A DNA stretch of 64,000 nt from Harriotta raleighana (GCA_050575255.1 JBNZDD010013635.1:2705670-2769669); one strand, 5' to 3'. Positions 26,165-39,794 are shown, numbered from the stretch's first letter. Notes: generated by a model from the letters alone, not told the origin. Made by a program: numbers and translations.

Positions 26165-27210
26165 AAATGTTCTGCTATTAAAAAAGAAATTGAAAATTAA
26201 ACTTTTCTTATCACGTTCACGTTTTTGTTCAAAACTCCGGTTGGAAGTGTAGGCATTCATTTTAAATTGGGGTTTTTAAAATTTTTGAATTACTGTACTG
26301 TGTATGGGTGTTTTCCTGACTGTATATCTTGTCTAGTTTGCCTTTTGAAGCCATTTTTTGTATTAATGTCACAGTGTCATCTTCCTCCAATGTGAGTTGA
26401 GGGAGTTATAAAGAAGGGTGTTTCTCCTGGTGTCTTGGCTAACAGTCATCCAGTTAAATTGGTCATTCATCTACAAATACAGTCACTGCACCATTCAAAA
26501 CTCTAATAAGCGCTTTGAGACATTTTGACGCGATATGGTGATATATCAAATGCAAAGGTTATTATTATTTTATTTATTTATTTATTTATATATTATATTT
26601 ATATAGCTCCTTATTGTTGAAGCTTGTTATTCTAAATGGCAGGCCGTCATGTGGTTCTCTGTTTGAGGTTGCAGTTTGGAAGAATGGATTTTTTGTGGCA
26701 AAAAAAAGTTTCATTTAAATGTCGGGTTCAGCATGCTGATGTCATTAATTCAAAAAGCAGACGACTTCCTGTGAATCTGAGTTGCAGAGATTATAACATT
26801 CACAGGTGGACCAGGTGGAATTAAGCATTGATCTTTTAAGTTTCGGTAATAAGGTTTCCCAGATGTCTAACAGACTAATTTGTAAGTCAAAAAGCTACTT
26901 TTTCCCCATTTATATGTTGGAAAGCATCTTGAAATAGAAGCATCTGCATAATCTCCTGGTCTGCTCCTGCTCCTATGCATTTACTCCTATTTACATTGCA
27001 AGGCAGATTTCAGAGCATATCCTGACAGGTATGCAAACACTGTAAATATTGTTTTTGCTTGGATGAACACAACTAAGTAGGTTATGTTCAGTACAGAATG
27101 TATATTGCAGTATGACTAAAGCCCAAATAGAATCTAAGGATTCAAAGCTAAATTGCAATGAGTATAACATGTCAAATGCTTGCGACGCTCCTGTGGAGGA
27201 ATCCAATATA

Positions 27211-27736
27211 CAGTTAAAGCCCGTTTATCTGTGACTCGATCAACCAGAACTTCCGTATAACCGATATGTCAAAAAAAAATCCCATCCGATTAACCGGAAG
27301 TTATCTGGCACAATAGCGGTGTCGCATTTAATGAATTGATTGTCACACGAGAGTACTGTACAAGTATTTTGGCTTGCCGCTAGTAGAGCCTTAAAGTCAC
27401 GCTGACGTTTTTTTTTGCCTCCCGTGACGGCTGCCATTGCAGAAGTTAAGTAAAAATAATAAACCTCCAATACAATATTCTGTTAAGACAATATCTGTTA
27501 TTACTGTATTTAGTCTATTATTTATATGGTACAGTGTACAACATTTACAATAAAGTACCCATACAATATTCTGTTATTATCTGTTATTATTTAGTCTATT
27601 ATTAATATGGTATGTGTTAAAATAAGCAAATTTTTTTGTGTTGGGTTTTCAAAGTCGGATCCGACAGTTTAACCGGCAAGCCATTTAACCGGCATTGGCC
27701 AGGTCCCGTGGGTGCCGGATAAACTGGCTTTTACTG
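27211..27736. mobile_element. Family-B MITE, opposite orientation to the 19286 copy
   Basis: CAGTTAAAGCCCGTTTATC ... GGATAAACTGGCTTTTACTG; internal similarity to 19286-20760. Confidence 0.8.
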
Positions 27737-28251
27737 GAATTAGGCTTTAGCTTTGCCTTTGACCTTTATTTTAATGTAGAGAAAGGGTAAAAATAAGAGA
27801 GTAATTTTACACTATACTTTGCTCCGTTTGATGGCTCATGTTTGTGTTGAAGAGCCTGCAGATTGTTTCAGAGATGTCAATTTGATATAAAACCAGCTAA
27901 AGAGAAAGCAATTATTCTGAACAAACAAACTGAATGCTATTAGCACAATCAAGACTACCTTTTTGCATTGGACGTCATCCTGCTGACTGACCTTGTTGGA
28001 CGGCTCACCCTTCAAGAATGAGATTTTAACAAACAGATGCAAGAATTATTATTTAGTTTTTATTATATTGTATTCTACCTGAAAATACTTAGAATTCTTT
28101 ATTTTCTGAATATGGGGATTCACGAGTGGATCCCCATATCCCCAAATTCCAATTCTAATTTGGACTGGAGTTGGCGGCACTGCTTTAACCTGAAAGTAGT
28201 AAGGTGGCTCAAATAACTTTTACTCATAATCATTTGTTTCTGCCTCCACAG

Positions 28252-28356
28252 CAAAAAGCCTATGGCGAGTCTCTGATGAATGAAATTTTCCTGCGTCTTA
28301 ACCTAACTGAGAGTGATTATTTTGGCCTGGATTTCCAGAACAGCCTGGGGAATGAG
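28252..28356 (+). CDS. FARP2: FARP2 exon, FERM (QKAYGESLMNEIFLRLNLTESDYFGLDFQNSLGNE)
   Basis: CAG acceptor, GTATGT donor, 105 nt, DYFGL FERM motif. Confidence 0.92.
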
Positions 28357-28652
28357 GTATGTATATGAGTTTCAATGTTCGCATAGAACTGTGGCAGAGA
28401 ACAGCAGCTGCACCACAATCCCCAAAATGTATCTTGCCATTGCATGTGAGCAAGAATGGCCAACTGTGTGCAGAATGTGAAAGCTATTCAGCTCAGTATG
28501 TGTGGGAATCTGGACTGTTGCTTGTGTGCAACATCTGTCTGTGTATCAATCCATTGTGGGCAGGCAGGTGGGTGTTCTTTCTTTCCTCCCTCTCCTCCCT
28601 TACCCTCCTTTCTCCACCCCCTTTCTTCCCTGACTAGCCCACCCCACCCTAC

Positions 28653-28850
28653 GACTGTTTGTGGGTCAGTGCTGTGCGCAATTTGGCTGCCGCGTTTTGC
28701 CCACAAATGTACAGTCAATTCTCCTGCTCTCCTTCCACCTACTCCGACCCCTGCCCCCCTGCTTGGGTCCCGACCAGACTGTTCAGTAGTGCCTTGGGAC
28801 GTCCTCTCGACGTGAAAGTTGCTCTAGAAATGTAATTTCTTGTTGTTGTG
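28653..28850 (+). mobile_element. SINE core joined to an L2 3'UTR/tail
   Basis: Core TGCTGTGCGCAATTTGGCTGCCGCG followed by CCTTGGGACGTCCTC..GTGAAAG..TTGTTGTTG. Confidence 0.7.
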
Positions 28851-29017
28851 TTTATTTGTGTGTGCTGAAATTCTGGGCTAATTCCAATTCCCTACTCTTT
28901 CCCTGCTCCATTTTATATTGTCTTATCTTCAAATCCATGTTCATGCGATGTACTTTTAAATAAGTGCACTTTGTCTGTTTGCAATCCTCCTTCATCCTTA
29001 TATAACTGCACTAATTC

Positions 29018-29889
29018 GTGGAGGTCAGTGGTTAGAGCACTGACCTTCCAAGTGTGAGATCTGTGTTCCAATCCAGGCAGATCAGGGCAAGTTTCCTTAC
29101 TTCACATGCCTAATAATCCGTTCAAAAAAACCACAATAATAAAAATTGGTCATTTTCAATCCACGACTATTTGTGGGACACTGCTGTGTGCAATTGGCTG
29201 CTGTGTTTCACCCAAAATATATAATCAATTCACTTTACACTATACAGGCAGTCCTCAAGTTACGTCAGGGTTAGGTTCCTAAGATGTGATGTAAGTCAAA
29301 TTTGTATGTAAGTCGAGTCACTCCCCTATATTGCTTACAGTAACATACAGTGATTGGTTGTAGTGTATAGTGGGCTGCCCTCTCTCCCCTGCACTCCTCC
29401 TAATATGTACAGTACTGTAAATAAAATAAAATATTACTATACTTACATGGCTTCATTGTGAGTCCGGCACTTGATGTAGGAGATCACATGCGACGTAGCG
29501 CAACGCAGGAGATCACACGCGACGTAGCGCACCGTCTAAAGGCTCGAGAATACTGTCCCGCCGAGCTCACAGACTCACACAGTACCTGTACAGTACACAC
29601 TCGCGTCTCGCCTCCATCCTGTTCCTGTCCTGAACGCGTATCGTGGTCCTGTAAGTGTTGAGAGCGGCGACTCCAGTTTTCTATCGCGCGTGGGGNNNNN
29701 NNNNNCGTAACTTCGAGACTTTGGATGTAACTCGGACGTAATTTTACTGATATTAAGCATCGTAACTTCGAATTGTCGTATCTCGGAACGTCGTAACTAG
29801 AGGACTGCCTGTACAGTATTCTGTGAAGCGCTTTGAGACATCTATAAGATGTGAAAAGCGCTATATTAAATGCAAGGATTATTATTATT
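29018..29889 (+). mobile_element. tRNA-derived SINE interrupted by a Tigger element
   Basis: SINE head and core at 29018-29244; tail resumes at 29812-29889. Confidence 0.8.
29245..29811 (-). mobile_element. Family-A Tigger-like MITE
   Basis: TIRs CAGGCAGTCCTC/GAGGACTGCCTG with TA TSD. Confidence 0.88.
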
Positions 29890-32677
29890 GACTCTTAAGA
29901 ATGAAGGCATTTCTTCATATCTTCTACCCCCAACTTTCCCCATAACTCTTTCAGTAATGATCCAGAATTTTAAAAATCCCTATTAGATCTGTCTTAACCT
30001 CCTCTGTTCTGGTGGAAACAGTTGCAATTTCAAATCTTTAAACTCCAGTTGCCTTGCAACAACTGACAATTTGCGGTCGTGTGCTTATGAGTGTGTACTT
30101 AAGACAAGTTTAGCTTTGAATACTTGACACTAGCTGATATACGTTGAGCAGGTGTCTTAGAAAACCCATTTCACAGTAAGCTTTGTATTGAGTAAGAGTG
30201 CAAAAGAAGCTTGAATCCTTGAGTTGGAAGCTTGAATCTAACTTGCCAGGGTGCTCCTATATCATATGTGTGAGGATCACAGCTTGCCATTTCCTGCCCT
30301 GAACTTCATGTCATTTAATACTTTCAGATCATCCATAATAGTCCAAGCAATATTTTTGCTTCCTGGCTTTTCTTAGTGTGTACCACAAACATCCCCTACC
30401 ATCGTCTTGCTTCAGTTGCCTCCCTCCTAACTCCCACACTGCTAGGCTCTTTCTCTGTGAAGGTCTTTGAGATTTTTTTCCTACGTGAAAGACACCATAG
30501 AGGTTATGTGAAGTTACTATACGGAAAATGCTTTTACCTAATGTGTTACATTTGGCAGCAATTGCTATTTTGTGTTGGTTGTTTAGAATGAATGTTATTT
30601 GCATGAGTAAGATGCTAACTCTTGATTTGTTAAATTGGGCTGAATGTGGTCAGAATAGATTACAGTAGAGACCTGCTATCCAGTAACTATCTGGTATAAT
30701 ATGTGTCTCCTTAGACCCTGTGACCAGCTGGATGCTGACACATGTTTGGCTTCCAGGTTACCAGGTTTCCTGAGTTCAAATTGTTGGGGGCAAATTCTTG
30801 TGGGATAAGGGTTCTACACAAACTGATTTGGAGGCAGGCCAGGTCCAATTCCCAGTGAACACTAATGCTGAAAGATCTAGTCATTCTGCAGAATCTGAGA
30901 GCCTACAATTGTGGCTGCCGTATGAAATGGATATTTGGGTAGTTAGAAAATTGTGGATTTTGTATATATATTGTAGAATTGCAGAATTAGTGGGATGGGT
31001 GGGGAAATGAAAGCTGCTTCTTTGCGTTTCTTTGATGTGTATTATTGGGTTGAGAGCTTTCCACTATGTAGGATCTGATGGATGATAATAACATTGTCAT
31101 ATTCCTTAAGCGTTAAGTTCAACATTACATGTCTGCATATTGTAGAACTGAAAAATTTCTGTAGATTATAATATCTCTATCCATTGCCAGATAAGAGAAC
31201 ATTGCATTAGGGCAAGGTAAGATTTAAATATATATTTTCTATATTTGCATGGAAATGGGTTTGACTTGTACAATTTCCTCCTTCCAGGAGCTCAATGGAA
31301 TCCTCTATGAAAGAAATATAATTCTTTCAATAGACCATTGAGCTACAGTATCTTGTTGGTTAAATAAAACACATATATAAGTGGACAAGCTGTGCTTGCA
31401 GGAAGTCAGGGTTGCTTTCTCAGCTGTGGTGATATTGGGTTAAATTGACTAGTAGATAATCTCAGAAATTGCAGATGGAAGAATAGGACATTTTTGAGGT
31501 TTTGGCCCACATCACTTTTTCCATAGACTCTCGCTCCAGTTTTACAATTTCAGCAGTAGTTTGTGGACTGTAATCAAAACCGTATTTTTGTTGGGGAATT
31601 CACTCCTTCTTCAAAGAATAGGCAAAGAACTAAGATTAAAATTGGGCTGCGATTATTAGAATAGTTCAGCAAAGATGGTTTAGAACTGTTACATTATTCA
31701 GAAGAGATTAGTTTTATCTTCTCTTGCTCATTAGAGTGAGTAGAATTGTGCTTTTTCTTGACGGTGCTTTTGATCAACCTCCGCCCCACCACCCCACCCT
31801 CCCCAATCCCTATCCCTAGCTCGGGTCCGGAATACTGTCTGTCCAGTCAGCGCCTTGGGACATCCTCCCGACGTGAAAGGTGCTATACAAATGTAATTAT
31901 TTTGTTGTTGTTGGTTGTTCGACATGTGAAAATTGATAGCTTTGGTAACTATCGACATGTCCCTATGCTTTGTCACACCTTCAAATAATGAGTTTGCCAG
32001 AAATGGAGAGCAGTACGATGTGACATATAGGGGGCAGGCATGCTTCTGTTTTGAGAAGGGTTTTCTTTTCCTGTGGTAATGTCAGTCCTTTGCTAAAAGG
32101 CAGCTAATATGGCGATACAGTATCTACCTTGTAAGTGTGGAGGTGATGGCTGATGCCTCTTCAATGGCATGTTGGCTTTGTGACTACGGATTTGTTACCA
32201 AAGTTTAACAGTGGCTGGGGAAGGCTCTTCAGCATTAATGGATCATCTCTTTATTGCCAATTGGCCTGGATTGTAATCAACAATTAGATTTTACCGGATG
32301 AATCAAAGCCGAGACTTTCACCTAACCACTAGCTGTTGCTGGATGAGAAAAATGTTGAACCTCTTATCTGGTTTGAAAATACTAAAGCTAATAAGTAAGG
32401 ATTAAACTTATATTAATTTTGCATTGTTTTGTTCCAGAAATATGTGAATTCTTTGTAAGGTGGATGTGTAGTGTCCAGATCAGATAAACTTACTGCTTCA
32501 TAACCTGAAAGGAGATCACCGTGACCAGACCAGAGTAACATAGTATATCTGTTACTGTTTTTTTTAGTTTTCTTTCTCTCCTGATACACTGTTTTGATCC
32601 TTCATAGGGTCCCGCTCTCTAGTACTTGGTGTGAGGCAATTCACCATCAGTTAGTTCAGACTCAGCACTCTGAGATG

Positions 32678-32956
32678 ATAATAATCCTTGTATTTGATAT
32701 AGCGTTTTTCACGTCTTCTGGACGCGTCAAAGTCTTTCATAGAATATATTGTAAAGTGAATTGACTGTGTATTTATAGACGAAATGTGGCGGCCAATTGT
32801 GCACAGCAGTGTCCCACAAACAGTTTTTTTTTGGGTGGGAGATTATTATCAGATATGTGGAGGAAAGAAACTTGCCAATGGTTGTGCCCTGAACGGAGTT
32901 GAACCCAGGTGTCACACTTGCAAGGCAAGTGCTCTAACTGAACTACGGGACTCTAC
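32678..32956 (-). mobile_element. tRNA-derived SINE
   Basis: Reverse complement of the SINE consensus seen at 51452. Confidence 0.78.
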
Positions 32957-33479
32957 AAGTCCTGATACCCGCATGATACCCACATGAAGTTGCTGAGTAA
33001 ATATAATTTGTTTTGGGGAAAAACAGTTTTTTTCATCGGTTGAAACACTATATCTTTTTCCTTTCTCTTTTTCCTTCCCTCCCACTCAGCCGATATTTCA
33101 CCTTATTCTTTCTAGCCTGTGACCATTTTGTCTTAAAAATTTAAGACTACACAAATCTTCATGGTTATACGTGAAACTTTTTGTAGAAGAGGAACGTTAT
33201 AATTAGCAATTGTTGAATGAATTATTTTGCTGAGTGATTTACTAACACTAACTGTCCAATTATTGCTTACTTCCACTTTCTGTCTAAGTGTGTGATACCA
33301 TTGATGAAGGATCATTCAATGCTGCGTGGTAATTTCAACTTAACATGTATTGGTGTGTGCTTTTTCTGTTAGTCCAAACCATTGCAGAAGCCTACACAAT
33401 TACAATTTAACTTTATTAGACCATTTTCTTTTTGATAAGGTCATACATTTTATTTACTTCATATTTTCCTTTCATTTAG

Positions 33480-33522
33480 ATTTGGCTAGAGCCTGCAAAA
33501 CTTATTGTGAAACAAGTACAAA
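33480..33522 (+). CDS. FARP2: FARP2 exon, FERM (IWLEPAKLIVKQVQ)
   Basis: TAG acceptor, GTAAGT donor, 43 nt, phase-compatible with neighbours. Confidence 0.9.
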
Positions 33523-34604
33523 GTAAGTGTCTATATACTCGTTCTCCTCCTGAATTTCTCCCCTCCACCACATATTGTTATTCAGTTCATTTCGTTCATA
33601 TTTTGTGTTCCAGCTCAAATTCTAGTCTTGCTTTATCATACAAAGTTGAAGTGTAATATTAGGAGTGTAATATTGCTGTAGCTGATAGCATGGATTTATA
33701 CCTAGGTTCATGCACAAGTCTGAATCACAGTACATTTTCAATCATTGGTAAGCGAGACTGCTCTGGCTTTGATCTGGTTTGACAGTCAGTGGGACAAAAG
33801 CTGCCAGAATTGTGCTGCCTACAAAAACAATTAAATTGGGACTCAAGCAATAGCTTGCTCATTTGTGTACTTGCCTCCAGAAAGCTAGATAAATATTAGG
33901 ATGCTTTACAATATGTTTGTCCAAGTGCCTTTGGGACAATTGAAGAAAACACTGGGATTTGTTCAATGTAATTAATGCTTTTTAAATTTGCACTTGAGTA
34001 AACATCTTGTTAAGAAAGCTCTTGGGGCTTATTGATTGATTTTAGGATTTGTTTTAGTCCTTGCAGTGTAATGTGTGGGCATGGTAGGAAAGTCATGAAG
34101 GAAATTTCTGCAGTGATTGCAAAAATGTCTGTAATGATGGGCAGGCGTACAATTTGCAGCACAGGTCATGGTTTGATTTACCTGCTAACAGTAAATATTA
34201 ATCGCAACTATTAAACTACAATTTACTTGCAACACCTGAGAGGTCAATTGCTCTGGACTATGTTTTAGTTCAATAACTGGACCAGGTTTCCCAACTAAAA
34301 GGCGGAATGCTTTTATTTTGGGAAGTCATTGATTGTCATTATAAACTGAAAAATCCATTTTACTGAGTAATCGGCAGCCTATGCTTGTGTGTGCTTTGAT
34401 TTAAATGAAGTTATGATGGTGGGGACCATGCAGCTGCTTTTAGCACACCACAGATTATCTTATTTGAATCTAATCTTTTTTCAATCTGCTTATACTGGAG
34501 CACATTGGAAATGATATGCAGGTTTTGAGCCACAAACAGTTTACTTGAGGGGAAATGTTTGTCCTTTTTTATATTTTTGTGTTCTTTGCCGCTTTTCTTT
34601 ACAG

Positions 34605-34683
34605 GACCAAAGAACACCACATTAAGCCTGTCTGTGAAGTTCTTCCCTCCAGATCCTGGCCAGCTACAAGAGGAATACACAAG
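34605..34683 (+). CDS. FARP2: FARP2 exon, FERM (RPKNTTLSLSVKFFPPDPGQLQEEYTR)
   Basis: AG/GT boundaries, 79 nt, KFFPPDP motif. Confidence 0.93.
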
Positions 34684-34818
34684 GTAGTAATTGGGAATGG
34701 GGCTATCTTGATTCTAAAGTTGGTTTTGAGACTGTAATCCATTTGCTTTAGTGTGTGGGAGGCAGGGCATTGCTTTTGTCCAGTCAGCTGTCCACATGTA
34801 ATTTTGTTCTTTTTCCAG

Positions 34819-34916
34819 ATACTTGTTTGCATTGCAGATTAAGCGGGACCTTGCAGAGAATAGACTAATGTGTACTGAGAACACTGCAGCACTTCTCACC
34901 TCTCATCTCCTGCAGT
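34819..34916 (+). CDS. FARP2: FARP2 exon, FERM ([32 protein letters not shown])
   Basis: AG/GTGAGT boundaries, 98 nt. Confidence 0.93.
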
Positions 34917-35547
34917 GTGAGTACCTTAACCAAACTGAGCCAAGGTCACCAACAACACAGAGTAATGAAAGCAGTGGGGATTCTGAATGGAGTGTATCAC
35001 AGCAGTATGGAGCAGTAATTTTGATGCAGAATAAATAATCGTTGCTCCTCTGAGTTCTTCCCTGGTTTCTCCCTTTCCCCACCACGTTCCATTTAGCGGT
35101 GAACTGTACGATGGTCATGTTTGGTCGCCTATGATTCACAGAAATGAGAACATGAAATAAAAAGGATCTGCCAAGGAATGTTTGAGACTATGATCTAATT
35201 TTTTTGTAGGGAAACTGTTGGCAAGTGAAATACTGTATTGTACTCTCTAAGAGTTTTAATGGTGTGTTACTGCTTTGATCTGGTAGTTTAAACTGACTAA
35301 TATTAAATTGTAATGTTGCACCTACTCTCAACGTGGTTTTATAGTTTGATACTAATGTATCATTGTATTGTGTTCGCCCCTAAAATATCAGTTTAGACAA
35401 TTTGTGCTGCTTTTCTGTAGAATGTTTTTGAATTTCGCCAAGCCCTTAACTGTACCAAACAAGATCCCTATTTGGGCAAAAATGTTTTTGAGCACAGTTC
35501 AGATTTTAGTATTGCACCACTGATGCAATCTGTTTCTTTCCTTTTAG

Positions 35548-35662
35548 CTGAAATCGGGGATTATGATGATGCTGTAGATAGGGAGCACCTGAAACAAAAC
35601 ACACTCTTGCCAAACCAAGATAAGTTGCAGGAAAAGATCATGGAATTCCACAGGAAACACAG
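35548..35662 (+). CDS. FARP2: FARP2 exon, FERM (SEIGDYDDAVDREHLKQNTLLPNQDKLQEKIMEFHRKH)
   Basis: AG/GTGAGT boundaries, 115 nt. Confidence 0.93.
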
Positions 35663-35970
35663 GTGAGTATCAGTAGTCCCAAGCAGATGTTCGTTTTCTG
35701 CCTTTGCCTATCAAGTGGAAACCCTCTTGCTTGTTATCAAACCATTTGCCTTGTGTCCTCTAGCAGTATTATCCAGTACTTTCATAGTGGGACCTTCTAC
35801 CGTTATGAGAATGGCGTTCTTTCAATAATTGGTGGATTCTCCAGTTTATTATAGGTTTCCGTGGCACATTGGCAGCATATTTGCACACCTTTCACTGGTG
35901 CGTAGTTAAATAAAAACTAATTATAGCAGCCTTACTCTGTTGAAGATCAGCTAACACGACAGACCAGAAC

Positions 35971-36282
35971 GTGGAGTTCTGTAGCACAGTGATTAGAGTA
36001 CTCGCCTTACAAGCTAGGGATCTGGAATCAACTCCATGCAGGTCAGGGTGAAACTTTGGGCAAGGTTCTTTACTCCACACGCTTAATAAAAATCCCTCAA
36101 TTTAAAAAAAAAAGAAAATTGGTCATTTCAATCCACAAATGTTTGTGGGACACTGCTGTGCGCAATTGGCTACGTGTTTCGCCTACATAGATACAGTCAA
36201 TTCACTTTACAATAAATTCTATGAAACTTTTTGTGATGTCCAGAGGACTTGAAAAGTGCTATATCAAATGCAAGAATTATTA
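35971..36282 (+). mobile_element. tRNA-derived SINE, full length
   Basis: GTGGAGTTCTGTAGCACAGTG head, core, and GAAAAGTGCTATATCAAATGCAAG-ATT tail. Confidence 0.82.
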
Positions 36283-36611
36283 GACCAGGAATTGAATGAT
36301 GAATTACTCAGTACTTTACTTTGTGGAATATAATTTTTGCTTTACTGAACCATTGGGAAAGAGACCAGTTACCAACAATTATCAACAAATTTACACTTGT
36401 ATTGCGCCTTTCATGTCCCAAGCGACATCGGTGGGTGCAGATCCAGTTTCCCATTATTACGTTCTGAGATTTCCCAGAGATACTCAGTGCCTATTTTATA
36501 AGCACAGTTGACTGCATTAATCCTCAAAATGTGAGTTTGGGTACTTTAGATGTATGAGGGTACCAGAGCTCTCAGAGGTCCGAATGATTATGTATTGTGC
36601 TTGTGTTATAG

Positions 36612-36759
36612 GGGCCATTCTCCAGCGGAGTCTGATTTCCAGGTGTTGGAGATCGCACGGAAACTTGAAATGTACGGAATTCGGTTTCACCCAGCCTCTG
36701 ATAGGGAAGGAACTAAAATCAATCTTGCTGTCGCTCATTTGGGAGTGCTGGTCTTTCAG
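36612..36759 (+). CDS. FARP2: FARP2 exon, FERM ([26 protein letters not shown]...LGVLVFQ)
   Basis: AG/GT boundaries, 148 nt, LEMYG motif. Confidence 0.94.
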
Positions 36760-36943
36760 GTAATCATGCCGTCTTCAAATTGTATGTAACATTGGTATTG
36801 ATTATGGCCCTATTAATACATGGGAACATATTATCTTCTGCTAGGAAAAATTTATAGTCCAATATGACTTGTAATCTGCTTCATTACTTTTATTTTTTAT
36901 GTGAAAAGTGCTACATAAATGCTAGTTGTTACTATTATTCCAG

Positions 36944-37039
36944 GGCAATGTAAAAATCAACACCTTCAACTGGTCGAAAATTCGGAAGCTTAGTTTCAAG
37001 AGGAAAAGATTTCTCATCAAGCTGCATCCTGAAGTTCAT
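36944..37039 (+). CDS. FARP2: FARP2 exon, FERM C-lobe ([32 protein letters not shown])
   Basis: AG/GT boundaries, 96 nt, [14 protein letters not shown] motif. Confidence 0.94.
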
Positions 37040-37170
37040 GTACGGTTTGGAGTTTTAGAAGCAGTTCATTGTCTTTATTTTTGCCTGGAATTGTGTGTCG
37101 CTGGTGTGTGAGTCTTTCACCTGATGGGATGGTGATGTAGTTCTGACCAATATGTTTGTGGAACTATATA

Positions 37171-37856
37171 CAGGCAGTCCTCAAATTACGACGTTCCGAG
37201 GTACGACAATTCAAAGTTACGACACTTAATATCAGTAAAATTACGTCCGAGTTACATCCAAAGTCTCGAAGTTACGACACTACTATGTAAATACTTTAGT
37301 TGCCCCACGCGCGATAGAAAACTGGAGTCGCCGCTCTCAACACTTACGGGACCACGATACGCGTTCAGGACAGGAACAGGATGGAGGCGAGACGCGAGTG
37401 TGTACTGTACAGGTACTGTGTGAGTCTGTGAGCTCGGCGGGACAGTACTCTCGAGCCTTTAGAAGGTGCGCTACGTCACATGTGATCTCCTGCGTTGCGC
37501 TACGTCACATGTGATCTCCTGCGTTGCGCTACGCCGCGTGTGATCTGTGTTTGGTGTAATTCTTACCTTTATTTGCCTACCCTTAATTATGGCTCCTAAG
37601 CGTAAAAGTGATACAAGTGATGGTGAATCAACCAGAAAGAGAAAGGCTATTACAATGGATGAGAAAGTTGCAATAATGAAGAGTTATAATAGAGGTAATT
37701 CGGCCACTAGTATTGGTAGAGAGCAGCCCACTATACACTACAACCGATCACTGTATGTTACTGTAAGCATTATAGGGGGGTGATTCGACTTACATACAAA
37801 TTCGACTTACACCACATCTTCGGAACCTAACCCTGACGTAACTTGAGGACTTCCTG
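37171..37856 (+). mobile_element. Family-A Tigger element retaining a transposase N-terminus
   Basis: TIRs with TA TSD; ATG at 37589 encodes MAPKRKSD...KRKAITMDEKVAIMKSYNRGNSATSIGR (CENP-B-type HTH); internal ~30-bp tandem repeats. Confidence 0.88.
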
Positions 37857-38394
37857 TATACCAAGAGTCAGGGGATGATTCATTCGCAGTTGATTGTGGG
37901 AGTGTTGGATAACTGGTACTCTTCCATCTGTACTCCTGTGCCTAAAGGCTTGCTAAGGTCTCTAAGACCAGTGACAATTTACATGGCCATCACAGCTTGA
38001 ATTTCTGTATCATAAATGTACAAACTGATTATGAGAGATGGTAACTCTTTTGGGTGTTTGATAGATTAGTAAATGTGTCAAAATGGACTCAGTAATCGAA
38101 AATGGTACACAGCCATTAGATGGAATTTCTTGCAGTAAATGATTAGAATGTCGTAAATTGTGGTTCAAGCAATTAATGGATTTACGAGAAAACTTGATGC
38201 ATACACAAGGGAGAGGGGGTATAAAGGAGAGCTTGATCAGAGGGATGGGAGCATGTGTGTCATGGATTTGTTGGGTTAAATGGCCTGTTTCTGTGCCATA
38301 TCACTCTGTGAAAGTCTTATGTAATATTTCTGAACAATTCATTTACAATAGAGAAATTCAGAGCAGTATTAAATATAGTGTTGTCCAATTCCAG

Positions 38395-38558
38395 GGTCCA
38401 TACCAGGATACTTTGGAGTTCCTACTGGGTGACCGTGATCTATGTAAGATTTTCTGGAAAAACTGCGTTGAATATCACACCTTCTTCAGACTCATGGACC
38501 AACCAAAAGCAAAGACCAAGCCTGTTTTCCTCAGTAGAGGCTCCTCATTCCGTTACAG
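38395..38558 (+). CDS. FARP2: FARP2 exon, FERM C-lobe/FA ([12 protein letters not shown]...[14 protein letters not shown]...SRGSSFRY)
   Basis: AG/GT boundaries, 164 nt. Confidence 0.94.
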
Positions 38559-39251
38559 GTAAACTGCGTTATTCTGTCACTATTTTGGTTTGTTTCATGC
38601 TGTTTAGTTGGGAAAGTTTTTTTAAAATTTGCTCTTATCTCGTTTACTGGTGCTATCCATTTACCAAAGATTTCCCTTTCTATTCTATAAAATTACCTTG
38701 GTGAATAGGTCTTGATGCATATTAAGGTAGGAGAGTTGATATAGGATCTTTTGGTTATGGTTAAAACTTGGAACAGTTGAGACAGATTTGAATATATCAA
38801 GATTATATAGACAGAGGTGAGGTGTAGAGATGAGTCTTTACTGAAAGTTGCAGCAAATGGTATTAATCTGCACCAGCGAACCAGGAGGAGCAGGGAGGAT
38901 GTGCGCTATTCTTCGGCTTTATTTGATATGTGCACTCTTGCTTCATTTGAGCCGATAATAACTTGAGTATAAGTTTTACTGTATCTTTCTGAGACACTTT
39001 TATTTCCTCTATTTGCACTGTCAAGAGAGGAAGAGACTTGCGGGAAATACTGCAGGAGATGTGCGGGTGATACTGCTTCCAATACTTCTCAGGCATGAGC
39101 TGTTAAAACTCTTATAATGGACCACGAGGGAATGAATGAGATTTCACTCAAGTGACCATTCCACAGATTAATTTGTTGTGGCTTTAAAACTAGATTCTAC
39201 TCATAAATCAAGCGATAAAGTGGTGCTTAATCTGTTGTTATTTCTCCATAG

Positions 39252-39320
39252 CGGTCGGACACAGAAGCAGCTTGTCGATTACATGCGGGAGAGTGTGGTT
39301 AAGGCAACTCCTTATCAGAG
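39252..39320 (+). CDS. FARP2: FARP2 exon, FERM-adjacent domain (SGRTQKQLVDYMRESVVKATPYQR)
   Basis: AG/GTATGT boundaries, 69 nt, SGRTQ motif. Confidence 0.93.
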
Positions 39321-39794
39321 GTATGTCTTGTTTTGTATTTGGAAGGCTGACTTTATTGTTGTATTACACTTTGTTTTCATTTGGTGATACTCCAGGGAGA
39401 GTGGCATTGGTTTTAACAACTTCCTTTGTGCTGGAAAACTAGCTTTTTTTGTAGAAAGAAAATTGTGCTTGTGTTTGGTTTATATACTTGAGTGTTTAAA
39501 AAAATATGTTCAGGGACTTAACATTAACAGATACCCGCTGGGCACATAGGGAACCCGCTCCCAATTTAGTAATGAAGCTCTCAATGTTGGCTTGTTGAAG
39601 ATAATAGTAATCTCTTAGTATCTGTAACCACCACAACAACACTCTAGGAGAACTTCATCCCTTACCTTGTTTACTTAACGTCCATTCAGTTCAGACTAGA
39701 TAGAAATAGTGCTGAATTTTTTTCTCAACAGATACTAATGCATAACCCAGCAATGATTGATGTATTGCAACATACAAGTAGAGATGGGAACAAA

